Below, in pieces: positions 10,886 to 21,070 of a stretch of 64,000 nt of DNA. Position numbers and translations under genes: made by a program. The notes under the pieces are model-generated. The model was given only the letters and a program-made list of their open reading frames with translations. It was not told the origin of the DNA and made no database searches. The stretch comes from an uncultured bacterium (GTDB lineage Bacteria > Babelota > Babeliae > Babelales > JACPOV01), in contig CAVUUR010000007.1 of the NCBI GenBank assembly GCA_963744715.1, forward strand, positions 64,001 through 128,000, in the 5' to 3' direction. Positions within the stretch are counted from its first letter, which is position 1, and each line of letters opens with the position of its first letter.

Positions 10886-12298
10886 ATGAATAACATCAAA
10901 TATTATACCCTTATCGCCTTACTCCTCGTAAATCCATTACATGCAGATTTCGATCTTAGTGCTATTTTCAAAAATATTGATCCTTCTTGTATAAAAGGAG
11001 CAATTGGAGGAGTAGCCACTACCCTAGGAGTTGGTGTTATCTATTCTCTCTATTCAAATGATAGCGAAAAAAAAGCTGCTATGAAAAATATTCATGATCT
11101 TAACATTGCTATTGAAGGATACACATTACAGTATAACGATGAATGCAAAGTAGTTAATTCTACCAATACTGATCAAACAATAGAAACTATTGCGTCAATG
11201 CTCATACACAACAATTCTTCAACCGAAAACTATATCAAAAAAATTGAATATCATGTAACCACACTGAAAAAGTATCTTATTTCTGCTCAAGAACTTTCAC
11301 AAAAAATTTCAAGTGATGAACATAAACAGATCGCGCAATCAGCACAAAAGAATGTCAAAGAACTCATAGATAATTTACAAATTTTATACACTAACCTACA
11401 ACAAGATGCACCATTTATTGAGCTTATTATTGCACAGCGCAAAGAACAGGATCGTTATAAAGAATACGAATCTATGGTATATAACGGATCACGGTTTGCA
11501 CATATGGATGTTGTTAATCGCCAAAATAATGATAAACAATGCATAACAAACTTGATACAACAGGCAAATAATCTATGTCAGAACAAAGACTGCACCCCAT
11601 TCAAAAAAATTCTTCTATCACAAGGAAAAGGTTTGCTCGCAACGATCGAAAAAAAACAAAAAGAACTTGTTAATTCAAATAATTTTATAAAAGAGCGTAA
11701 AGAATTTGAACTATTCCAAGAACAACAACAAAAGTTAAAAAATGAACAATTATCTTTAGAAATTAAATATAACCAAGGCTTATCTGAACAAAAACAACAC
11801 GATATTAAACTCAATGAACAACGCATCACCCAAGAGAAATTACGCCAATATGATGAACAACTACGCCAAAATGATGTAGTACTAAAAGAAGGACTTTATT
11901 TTGAACCTCAAAGAAAGGCTTATGAGGAAAAAATTAGACAGTATAAACAAGAAAAACATAATTGGGAAACCTACCGCTCAAATGTTAAGAGCGCCATTGA
12001 TCGAATGGAACGTTCCGTTAATTCTTTAGAAAATGATGTAAAAATAAAAGAAACTGAATTTTCAAATCTTAGTACGTTATTTGATAATCTTACTGAACAA
12101 GCAAATAAAGATAGCGCTGCATTTCAACACATTAAAAATTTAGTCACTCAATTAAATGAGTATCTCGATACCCCACCTATTAATCCAGATTCAGAAAAAT
12201 GGTTTAAAGATTTTTTTGAAAAACTACGTGGCTGTGTAGATGAACTACTACACAACGAAAGAATTTCACCACCTCAATCTAAGCCTCAAGCTAAATAA
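10886..12298 (+). CDS. Secreted or membrane-anchored coiled-coil protein
   Basis: Signal peptide, Gly-rich hydrophobic segment, long Q/E/K heptad region. Confidence 0.7.
   Translation: MNNIKYYTLIALLLVNPLHADFDLSAIFKNIDPSCIKGAIGGVATTLGVGVIYSLYSNDSEKKAAMKNIHDLNIAIEGYTLQYNDECKVVNSTNTDQTIETIASMLIHNNSSTENYIKKIEYHVTTLKKYLISAQELSQKISSDEHKQIAQSAQKNVKELIDNLQILYTNLQQDAPFIELIIAQRKEQDRYKEYESMVYNGSRFAHMDVVNRQNNDKQCITNLIQQANNLCQNKDCTPFKKILLSQGKGLLATIEKKQKELVNSNNFIKERKEFELFQEQQQKLKNEQLSLEIKYNQGLSEQKQHDIKLNEQRITQEKLRQYDEQLRQNDVVLKEGLYFEPQRKAYEEKIRQYKQEKHNWETYRSNVKSAIDRMERSVNSLENDVKIKETEFSNLSTLFDNLTEQANKDSAAFQHIKNLVTQLNEYLDTPPINPDSEKWFKDFFEKLRGCVDELLHNERISPPQSKPQAK
12158..12298 (+). repeat. Direct repeat copy 1 (3' end of the 10886..12298 gene)
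   Basis: 55-bp block 12211-12265 is identical to 15304-15358; 26-bp block 12273-12298 is identical to 15363-15388. Confidence 0.92.
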
Positions 12299-12328
12299 AA
12301 AAAGAAATGTATGGTCTAGAAAAATAAA

Positions 12329-13765
12329 TTAAAAACGAACGTCAACGTTTACCCATACGGAAACAATGCTTACAGTATTATTATTGGTAGCACCTTCATA
12401 AGAGGCATTGATGCCAAAATCAAACCTGTCATAATGATACCCAATTGACCCAAATACAGCATTTGAGCATGAAGCGGCTTGTGCACCACTCCAAGTATTA
12501 ATATTCGCTGCAGTCACCAATGTGTACGATGCATCGCGTGGCATTTGATATTTGTTGGGATACACGCCTTCGGAAATAGTGGCATTGCTTGAGGTAGTGA
12601 CAGTAACCGGCATTGGATTGGCAAGCTGTGCGATGCCAACAAGATCGGCTATGCCAACGGCTGGAAGGTTAATGCATGGGCGTACCTTTTCTGCTTGGCG
12701 GTACCAAAAGTTGTAACCAAGTTCAAAACTAAAATCTCTTAATTCGACGTGCGCTGCTAAAAGCAAATCAAATGAATTGCGCGGTGTAACATGTGCTTTA
12801 AAAGTAAGATCGTTGATAGCAAAAAATGGATCGGCTGTTGCTGTTGGTGTAGTGAATAATAAGTAACGTGACCATTGGCCGTTTGGCACCATATCAAATG
12901 ATCTTCTTTCTTTTGCTTTAAAAGCATAACGCCATTTACATTCGCTATATAATGAAAATTGATTGCATGCACCAAAGTCAAATGATTTTTCAATATTAAG
13001 ACCAAGTCCAACTTGCGCATGCTTTGATCCAACAATTGGTTCAAACAAGTATACTGCTTTTGAGCCGTGGCCTGTTGGTATTCCAACTAATGCGTAGATA
13101 TCAAAAAATAATGATTCATTTTGACACGGCCTAAAATTTTTGAGTAATTTTATCTGCACATCATCAAAGCCTCCTTTTGATCGTGCACCACAAATTTTGC
13201 CATACTTCATGTCTGTGCTTGTGAATGCTTGAGTGAGAGTAGAAAATCCCGGCACTTGTCCAAGATCACCCGGAGTGGTAATTCTCTCGCAAATATGCAT
13301 ATTGTTTTTTCGTGTAACAGCGGCGGTGTTTATGGTTAATGCAAAATCTGCGGGCAACATCCATGCAAGATAGATCATAGTGCCATATGTTTTTTGCACA
13401 GGGCTAAATGACAACGTTGAAGAATAATAAGTACCGGGAGCAGAAATAACTTGGAACCATAATGAATCAATATCTCCCGAACCATCTTCTCGTACATTCA
13501 TGGAGGATAAGTGATTGATGTTAAAATATTTTTTTATAGATTTGCCAACAGTTTGTGTATAAATGGGTTTAACTGAAAACAAAAATTGATCATCCATATT
13601 TGCATATTCATAAAAAACAAGTGCATCTTCATACAGGGGATTATATGCCATTTGGCGCGGCACGAAAATGGTATGTGCATAGCAATCCAAACGTAGCATT
13701 TGCGCACACAAGCTAGCGAGTGCAAATATGGTAAGTAAACATTTTTGAATAAAGAGCATATTCAT
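12329..13765 (-). CDS. Secreted, probable outer-membrane beta-barrel protein
   Basis: Signal peptide, C-terminal ...VWVNVDVRF; paralog-like to 1659..3047. Confidence 0.6.
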   Translation of the reverse strand: MNMLFIQKCLLTIFALASLCAQMLRLDCYAHTIFVPRQMAYNPLYEDALVFYEYANMDDQFLFSVKPIYTQTVGKSIKKYFNINHLSSMNVREDGSGDIDSLWFQVISAPGTYYSSTLSFSPVQKTYGTMIYLAWMLPADFALTINTAAVTRKNNMHICERITTPGDLGQVPGFSTLTQAFTSTDMKYGKICGARSKGGFDDVQIKLLKNFRPCQNESLFFDIYALVGIPTGHGSKAVYLFEPIVGSKHAQVGLGLNIEKSFDFGACNQFSLYSECKWRYAFKAKERRSFDMVPNGQWSRYLLFTTPTATADPFFAINDLTFKAHVTPRNSFDLLLAAHVELRDFSFELGYNFWYRQAEKVRPCINLPAVGIADLVGIAQLANPMPVTVTTSSNATISEGVYPNKYQMPRDASYTLVTAANINTWSGAQAASCSNAVFGSIGYHYDRFDFGINASYEGATNNNTVSIVSVWVNVDVRF

Positions 13766-13796
13766 TATTGCTTTCTTTTAAGAGGATTTTTGTTAT

Positions 13797-15114
13797 TTAT
13801 AATAATGGTCCATATTTTTGTTCAAGTAATCTTACAAATAAATTTGCCGCCACTGGAGTCGAATAAAATGATGCATAGGCATTTGAGTCGTTACCATCTA
13901 ACCACGTAGCAATAAAACCTTGTGCATTAGCACTCAAGCCAACAGGTCCTCCTATTGTCGTTGATGAGGTAGGCAAAATAGAACAGACGGGCGTAAAATT
14001 GAATCCATTATTATTGGTCAATGTCCATACAGGAGATCCAGGACTACCTTGACTGGCCCCAACAATCCAAACGGACATAAAACCGGCTTGATTGGCAGCA
14101 ACCCACGGACCGGCATCAGGATTATCGGGATTTGATGCAAATGGTGAAAATGTTGCCCAGTTGGAAGAAATAGTAGCCGTTGAAAAATATGTTTGGCCTG
14201 CCGCACCTGCATTAGCTCGCGCGACTGCCATAAAGTATCCATTCAGTTCCGCTACAATAGGAACACTTTCAAAAAAACCTACGCTAAGAATGGGATAAAG
14301 CGGTCGTTGATGAAAAAGGATTAATTGATGAAAAATAAGCTGAATACGTTGGAAATAAATTGTTAATCCAAGCAAGCATACAACTATTTCCTACAACAAC
14401 GACACTCACAAATCCTCTTCCTGTTTGAGAATTCGTATTTTGAGCCAATACTGAACCATCAAAGGTTACTTGCGTTGGAGGGCTCCAAGCTGCAGTTCCT
14501 ATCGAAAAACTTACATAGGCATTATTATCAGCTCCTATCATGGTGGCAACAAAACCTGATGATCCTCCACCTACATACACATCGGCGTTAGCATTGAGTG
14601 ATAACGTATTAGGATTTATTTGAATTGCTTGACTCCAACTCGTACCATTGTCAGTAGAAAAACTTGACCAAGCATTATTCGCATTGTCCATCCAAGTCAC
14701 CATAAAGTCCGTGGCATTACCACCCGCAAAGACATCTGAAGCGGGAGCAACATGCCCCTCAGCAGAGGTGATTAAACCACTTGTCCATGTCGTTCCATTA
14801 TTTGAAAAACTATAATGAGCATTGTTTGCAGCATCTGCCCAAACCGCCATGAATCCGGCCGGTGTTCCAGCAGAAAATATATTGCTCGTTATGTTACCGG
14901 AATTACTTAAATTGACGGGAGTAGTCCACGGTGTAGTTGCGGGGCATAATGCATATGATAGTGATGAAGTTAGTAATAGAATGAGAAACAAAAAAAAATT
15001 TTTTAAGAAAGTAAATCTTTCGCTTTTTCCTGAACTTCTTTTGCAGAATTTTTTCTGGAGGACTTCCGGTATACGACTCCCATTGAACAGATGTCTGTCA
15101 CGTATCATAATCAT
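13797..15114 (-). CDS. Secreted Asp-box/BNR-like repeat (beta-propeller) protein, one frameshift near 14295
   Basis: Repeated GFMAVW..A.NNA..SFS.DNG.TW units in both ORF halves (14284..15114 and 13797..14375). Confidence 0.7.
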
Positions 15115-15220
15115 CGTATATATCCCTCTTTATGTAATAACAGGTTATGTAAATAAAAAACGTCTTATTCGTTGATATACCAAAGATATACAGCTGTAAT
15201 CAAGAAAATCAGAAGAGATT

Positions 15221-15388
15221 AGTGAAAAAAAGATTCAGCAATATAAGGATGAATATTTAAATACTCCGCCTATTAACCCAGATTCGGAAGGATTATTTAA
15301 AGCTTTTTTTGAAAAACTACGTGGCTGTGTAGATGAACTACTACACAACGAAAGAATTGCTTCTCAATCTAAGCCTCAAGCTAAATAA
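15221..15388 (+). pseudogene. Start-less remnant of a paralog or allele of 10886..12298 (direct repeat copy 2)
   Basis: Translates EKKIQQYKDEYLNTPPINPDSEGLFKAFFEKLRGCVDELLHNERIASQSKPQAK*; in-frame TAA upstream at 15197. Confidence 0.85.
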
Positions 15389-15401
15389 CTCTATAAAAAA
15401 G

Positions 15402-16265
15402 TTAAGCTACGCTTTCCTTGTGTTTCTTTTCGTTTAATTTTTTTACGCAGGGCTGACATTGTTTAAAAAGATCTTCTCCCTCTTGCGCAAGAGCTTCATT
15501 ATGCGGCAAGCCATATTGCCTGTAAAAAGCATGCACAACTAACTGATAGGTTTTAGCATCATCCCTCATGATATATCTTCCATGCTCACCGTAATTAAGT
15601 TCTAACAAATGCACATTGTTTCTACCTTGGTTGCGCAAAATAGTATACAGATTGCGTGAACTTTGATACGGAATCAGCTCATCAACTTTTGAATGAATAA
15701 GCAGTATCGGAATATCGTTATTAATGCGATCGATTACCTTAAACGGTGCTATTCCTTTTGGATCATAAGCAGGATAGATATGTGAAACAACTGAATTGCC
15801 GAGCATGGCAATGCCCGGAAGCCATTTTAAAAAACCTGCTTTATGCAAAATTACGGAATCAACGGTATCAAAAGGAGATTCAAGAATTAATGCTTTAATA
15901 TCCGTTGGTTGATGTGTTGCCATGTACGTAATAATCGCTGAAGCCCCCATAGAAACTCCGAGCAATATTTTATCACCAACTACTTTTTTACATTCAGCAG
16001 CTAAGGTATTAATTTCAATATTTTGTGCTAAAGAAACTTTGCTTTGATCTACAATTACTGTATTGTCAGTACCTATTAGTACATGAGGAAAGTTAAAGCT
16101 ATGAAAAGCTTGCTGCACGTTTCCTTGTAATACTTGATAATAACGCACATTATATTGATTACCGCCAAGCCCATGCGCAAAAACAACGGTAGGGTTATGC
16201 GCGTGCAGGCTACCTAATAATAGCGTAGTCAATAACGCTAAACGGTGAACTATAGTTCTAATCAT
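15402..16265 (-). CDS. Secreted alpha/beta hydrolase
   Basis: HGLGG, nucleophile GVSMG, LILESPF, HSKVDELIP, GEHG. Confidence 0.88.
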   Translation of the reverse strand: MIRTIVHRLALLTTLLLGSLHAHNPTVVFAHGLGGNQYNVRYYQVLQGNVQQAFHSFNFPHVLIGTDNTVIVDQSKVSLAQNIEINTLAAECKKVVGDKILLGVSMGASAIITYMATHQPTDIKALILESPFDTVDSVILHKAGFLKWLPGIAMLGNSVVSHIYPAYDPKGIAPFKVIDRINNDIPILLIHSKVDELIPYQSSRNLYTILRNQGRNNVHLLELNYGEHGRYIMRDDAKTYQLVVHAFYRQYGLPHNEALAQEGEDLFKQCQPCVKKLNEKKHKESVA

Positions 16266-16381
16266 ACGTAATCCCCATTAAACTTTTATTTCTATTAATA
16301 AATAATACCTATTGTAAAATAAAAAGAATAGGTTGTCAACCGCCTTAGAACAGATCATGGGAACAATCAATGTTAATAAAC

Positions 16382-16963
16382 TTAAAAACGTGATTTAATC
16401 TTTTTTTTTGTTGGCAGAGAATGTGTCGCTTTTTTAGAAGCAATTAGATCATCCCCCTTTTGAAAATGCTTAAAGGTATTGGCAGGAACCTGCAATGCGA
16501 TAGCAAGCACATCATCTGGTATGCCCGCTAATGCTTCCGTAATACCAATATCATCGGGCATCTCATTATCAAAAATAACAAGAAATTTAAGCTTTCCATG
16601 ACCAATGTTTTCAATGTAATGAAAATAACCACGTGGAACAAATGCGATATCACCAGCTTCAACCGTTATGGTTTCTCGTTGGTTTTCGGGGCTCACAATA
16701 GTCATGCGTGCTGTGCCTTCTACACAATAATCAAGTTCAGCCGCATTAGGATGCCAATGAGGAATGCGCAAACCACCTTTTTCAAGAATAAGCGAATAAA
16801 TAGCCATTCCTCTTAGAATCGGAAATGCGTCCTTTTGTCCTAACCGTACTTGCCCACCAATAAAATCTTCAGGTGGTAAATCCATTAACTTACATTTATG
16901 CGTAAATTTCTTTTGAGTTTGTGCAGAAACATTATTTTCTTTGATCACTTTTTTTATAGCCAT
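16382..16963 (-). CDS. Single-domain cupin, oxalate decarboxylase-like
   Basis: RIPHWHPNAAELDY...GDIAFVPRGYFHYIEN; GGAGG RBS before the ATG at 16963. Confidence 0.85.
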   Translation of the reverse strand: MAIKKVIKENNVSAQTQKKFTHKCKLMDLPPEDFIGGQVRLGQKDAFPILRGMAIYSLILEKGGLRIPHWHPNAAELDYCVEGTARMTIVSPENQRETITVEAGDIAFVPRGYFHYIENIGHGKLKFLVIFDNEMPDDIGITEALAGIPDDVLAIALQVPANTFKHFQKGDDLIASKKATHSLPTKKKIKSRF

Positions 16964-17111
16964 GTTACCCCTCCCCAATAATTGAATATTCCATATCCTA
17001 TCACATCATTATCACATCTCATGAAACGTTGCATAGAATTTGATTGTAAAATGCTCGCACGCCTTCAATTTTTATAGTAGCTTCAAAAAAAAGCAGAAGA
17101 AAGGAAGTGTA

Positions 17112-19040
17112 ATGAGAACCAATTGTTTTTTGATCATACTTTGGGTTATTTCTTGTGCTGCGCAGGAAACACCTTTTGATAAACGGTTCGGCAAAAAGTC
17201 CACTCACGGTTTTCTTGACTGTAAAACTACAGAAAATAATGTTTATGCTCGACGCATAGAATGTGCAGATCGTTTGCACGACATAGTTAAATCAACAGCT
17301 CAAGATCTCGATTACCGACCAGAATATTATCTTGTGCCCATAGAATCAGTACCATTTGCTGAACGATATCGCAGTAACATCAATGCGACGTATAAAATTA
17401 CTGCATCATCACCGCAAGAAGTACATGCCGTTGTCCAAGAGCTCATTGAAACTCCTGCAAGTCCGCCATTGGCAACTCTTGATTTTCTTATAACGCGTGC
17501 CGATGGCAGTCAGCCAATTCGGAATACTTTTTTTAATGAACAAGGGTTACTCAAACAATATTCTTACGCCAACAAAAACATTGAACAACATCCTGAAGCA
17601 TGCCGAGCCTTAACCTTTTGTGCATTAGTATTACCTGACCCACAACAACATATTCATCAACAGGCCCTGCAAGCATGTACCGCCATTAATGAATATTTGA
17701 GTTCTGATGAACTTCCCGGACCTCCCGGAAGTTATGCGAGTGTGCTCTATGATTTGTTACGTACCTGCCATCCAGAATTAGAAACTACGTTGCAGCATGA
17801 ATGCGATGAAGTTGCAACAATCTTTCTTGAAAATCATGATTATTACGTTGAAAAAAATACTATTTCTGATGCACGAGAACAAGCAGCAAAAATATATCAC
17901 GAAGAACACGGCACAAAGCGCCAACATTTCGTTCAATTACATGCAACATCGCGCGATCTCCTGCGCCAACGTCAATATGATTATCGCAAATTTACGTTCA
18001 TCAATGGCAATGCATTACAACGTCAACTGCTTGATGAAACCGGCCAACTGATTAATCAGATTGCACGTTATCCCGAGTTACATAACGAACCAATTACGCA
18101 TTTGTTAGTTGACATGGCCGATGTTGCTGCCGAATGCAATCACGCAGGCGCTATTAAAAAAGGTTACGAATGTGCAAACGTTGGTTGGTATATTCTTGAT
18201 ATTATGCAAGCAGTTGGGCTTGGCATTATAGATGGGGTGATCGATGGTGTTTCTCTAACAGCTTCCTACGCGCTAGAACATCCCATTGAACTTATTTTAA
18301 CCGCCATTTTTACCAAGCCTATGCTCATCTATCATCTTACAAAATTAGCATGCTATGGAACCGCTGCTGCTTTTAATCAGTTATCAACTATTGATTATGA
18401 ACACGCAACCGCTGATGACATTATCAATGCATTCAATAATTCAAAACAAGCCTGCCTTCAAAGCTATCTTGATCTTAGGCAGATGCCACTTAGAACGCTG
18501 GTCTCCCGTGGCGTTGCTTTTGCTACTGAGTTTTATTTGCAAGGCAAGCTCAACAAAGGGGTCTCAAATTTCTATGAAAAAACACAAGAAACGATACTCA
18601 AGCATGCACAAAAATTTGATTGGAAAGCCCATTTTAATGATCATCTCAGACCCGGCTTTATTGATATTTTTCCTCGGGGTAAGCAACCAAATGTTAAAAC
18701 ATCACAGAATTATCATGAGAAGCTATTAGAACTTGAAATACAACACCCTGTTATTAATAGTCCGAGAACCGGAAAAGCACTCAAAACTGATCCATACCAC
18801 GCATTTAATGATATAATTGATAATTATGCACGTTATGCTCAAGAATTTGAATTATTTGATCACGCAACAAAAGCAAATCCTAAACTTACTAAAAAACTTT
18901 ATCAAATTGAAGGCTCACTGGATAAAGTCAGTGGAATTTTTGAATGGATAGTTGAACAAAATTTTAAAAACAATAGCGTTGTATCACATCGAAGATTTAT
19001 AAAGGAAGGTAAAATTAATGGAATACCCAATGGAAAGTAA
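17112..19040 (+). CDS. Putative secreted polymorphic toxin with C-terminal toxin domain
   Basis: AAGGA RBS and signal peptide; C-terminus RTGKALKTDPYHAF...LYQIEGSLDKVSGIFEWIVE...SHRRFI...GIPN; followed by an immunity-like gene. Confidence 0.75.
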   Translation: MRTNCFLIILWVISCAAQETPFDKRFGKKSTHGFLDCKTTENNVYARRIECADRLHDIVKSTAQDLDYRPEYYLVPIESVPFAERYRSNINATYKITASSPQEVHAVVQELIETPASPPLATLDFLITRADGSQPIRNTFFNEQGLLKQYSYANKNIEQHPEACRALTFCALVLPDPQQHIHQQALQACTAINEYLSSDELPGPPGSYASVLYDLLRTCHPELETTLQHECDEVATIFLENHDYYVEKNTISDAREQAAKIYHEEHGTKRQHFVQLHATSRDLLRQRQYDYRKFTFINGNALQRQLLDETGQLINQIARYPELHNEPITHLLVDMADVAAECNHAGAIKKGYECANVGWYILDIMQAVGLGIIDGVIDGVSLTASYALEHPIELILTAIFTKPMLIYHLTKLACYGTAAAFNQLSTIDYEHATADDIINAFNNSKQACLQSYLDLRQMPLRTLVSRGVAFATEFYLQGKLNKGVSNFYEKTQETILKHAQKFDWKAHFNDHLRPGFIDIFPRGKQPNVKTSQNYHEKLLELEIQHPVINSPRTGKALKTDPYHAFNDIIDNYARYAQEFELFDHATKANPKLTKKLYQIEGSLDKVSGIFEWIVEQNFKNNSVVSHRRFIKEGKINGIPNGK

Positions 19041-19045
19041 TAAAA

Positions 19046-19579
19046 ATGCCTAATTATACCTTAGATATTTTCAAAACTGGTTTAGTTCCGTGTTCATGGC
19101 CAACAATGTATGTTGGAAATAATCTTAAACTGTTAAGTTATGATGAAATATCTCGCTACGCAATTGAATATTTGTTACAGCATCCTAATTGCACAAATCA
19201 ATATATTGTAGAATTAGCCTATGGATTGAAAAGAGATGAATTTGATATATTTTTAAAAAAAATACTAATCTCTCTAAATTATTCATTAATCGAAAAAGAT
19301 GACCCTCTTTGGAATTTAGAGAAAAAAAAATGGCGTTATTGTATTTTGAAATCTATAGTTGATACAACACCTAATATAGATAAATTAATTGATGCTATCG
19401 AATCAGTTTATTGTGATTTTGAATATCCTGATGATATGAATAATTTCATCCATTATAGACCCGAGGCTGGATTTCGAACTCTTATAGGAAATGCACTATT
19501 TATCAACGTTCCCGATAACTATTTAAATAACTTTAAAAAATATTTAGATAATGAAAAAAAACAAATAGATTTTCAATGA
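19046..19579 (+). CDS. DUF2247-like immunity protein
   Basis: W..MYVG...YAIEYL...ELA...KWRYCIL...IESVYCDFEYPDDMNNFIHYRP; 5 bp after the toxin stop. Confidence 0.8.
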   Translation: MPNYTLDIFKTGLVPCSWPTMYVGNNLKLLSYDEISRYAIEYLLQHPNCTNQYIVELAYGLKRDEFDIFLKKILISLNYSLIEKDDPLWNLEKKKWRYCILKSIVDTTPNIDKLIDAIESVYCDFEYPDDMNNFIHYRPEAGFRTLIGNALFINVPDNYLNNFKKYLDNEKKQIDFQ

Positions 19580-19586
19580 AGAAATT

Positions 19587-19949
19587 ATGATGCAAACTTT
19601 AAAACTTATAAAATCTCAATGCTGCTATAATAAATCTTTAGCTTACACTGAAAAATTATGGACGCTGGCTGAATTTTTACTTGATTGCGGTGGCAGAAAT
19701 GTTGAAGATGTTAAAACAACTATTAAAAATTATGGAGATTATAATGCTAATGCTACTCTTGCTGACTTACAAGGTAATACCATTGTTATCAGCCATTGGT
19801 ATGCGGGCTCTCCTGACTTTATAATACAATACGACACCTTTCTTAAGTTCCTTGATGAATGGAAAATTGTCTATGCAGCAAGACCTTCAGAAATTATCGT
19901 CACCATGGATGATCAGCACCAACATTTTACTATTGAAGCAATTCCTTAA
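19587..19949 (+). CDS. Small hypothetical protein, possible orphan immunity protein
   Basis: 120 aa, 7 bp after the immunity gene, no signal peptide. Confidence 0.55.
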   Translation: MMQTLKLIKSQCCYNKSLAYTEKLWTLAEFLLDCGGRNVEDVKTTIKNYGDYNANATLADLQGNTIVISHWYAGSPDFIIQYDTFLKFLDEWKIVYAARPSEIIVTMDDQHQHFTIEAIP

Positions 19950-19993
19950 ACGAAAGTATTACACTGACATTATTGTTGCTGATTAACGTTTCC

Positions 19994-20391
19994 TTATGTT
20001 GAATGTTTCGTCGGTTGAACTGATGTTATTACATGGTGCAGCGCACTCTTCCGCGCCGTAAGCTCAGTGCAACAATGTTCAAGCTTGATTACTTCATCAG
20101 TGAGATTGTTATCATATTTTTGTAAGGTAGTTTTATCAGCTTTAGCAAAAAAACTATTCGCGTCCTGTTCTAATATTTATACATTTTTGCAATACTATGT
20201 TGTTCTATGTGCGCAAGTTTTTCATGCATATCAGCACATAATTTGGTTATTTGGCCATATTGATGCGCAATCGATTCGGTAGGATTTTTTTTAACTACCG
20301 ATTTTTTCTTTTCTTTAACAAATGATTCATCGCTAACTAAACAATGCGTAATTAATGTTATCAAAAATAACAATCTAAAAAGGTAATACAT
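19994..20391 (-). CDS. Hypothetical secreted coiled-coil protein, frameshift near 20175
   Basis: The 73-aa ORF continues in another frame as ILEQDANSFFAKADK...QPTKHST*. Confidence 0.55.
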
Positions 20392-20401
20392 ATATTTTCT
20401 T

Positions 20402-20999
20402 TCAGATCAAATTTAAATAGCGCAATCCTAGCCGAATATAGTCAAGCAGTGCTGCAATAACAAGTATTATTAATAATACTATTACGGCATAGTAGGTTTT
20501 GATTGGATGTAAATCAAAAAAATAACAGACAAAAACCCAAATAATAAAAACTACCTGTGCAAACATTGCATATTTGCCAAGCAATCTTGGTACAATATCC
20601 AATTGTCCCTCATGGTATACAATAAACCACGATCCTCCTAGCACGATCAATTCTTTGATCGCTATTATGGCGACGAACCACCAAGGAATACTAAACAGTG
20701 GCGATTGTACTAACGCTAGCGTAAAAAAACAGGATACTATAAGAATTTTATCGGCTATCGGATCAAGAAATGCGCCTAAAAAAGTTTTTTCATTATACCA
20801 CCGTGCAAGCAATCCATCCAAAATATCGGTTGACGCGGCTACCAAAAAAAGAATAAACCCCATCGTCCATGCATGCATAACAAATGCTGCTACAATGAAT
20901 GGGTTAATATAATACGAACTATCGTAACTACCGTTGTACGGTAATTTTTTTTTCATGCGCAGGTAATGTTGTAAAAAATGAGCTTATGGTTTGTTTCAT
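20402..20999 (-). CDS. pgsA: CDP-alcohol phosphatidyltransferase (5' frameshifts)
   Basis: TDILDGLLAR...GAFLDPIADK; upstream frames give TVVTIVRIIL. Confidence 0.85.
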
Positions 21000-21070
21000 A
21001 CTATATTATTTCAGCAGTATAGGTATTATGTTTTTTATCAGATCAGTATAGCACGTGCATCATACTACTA

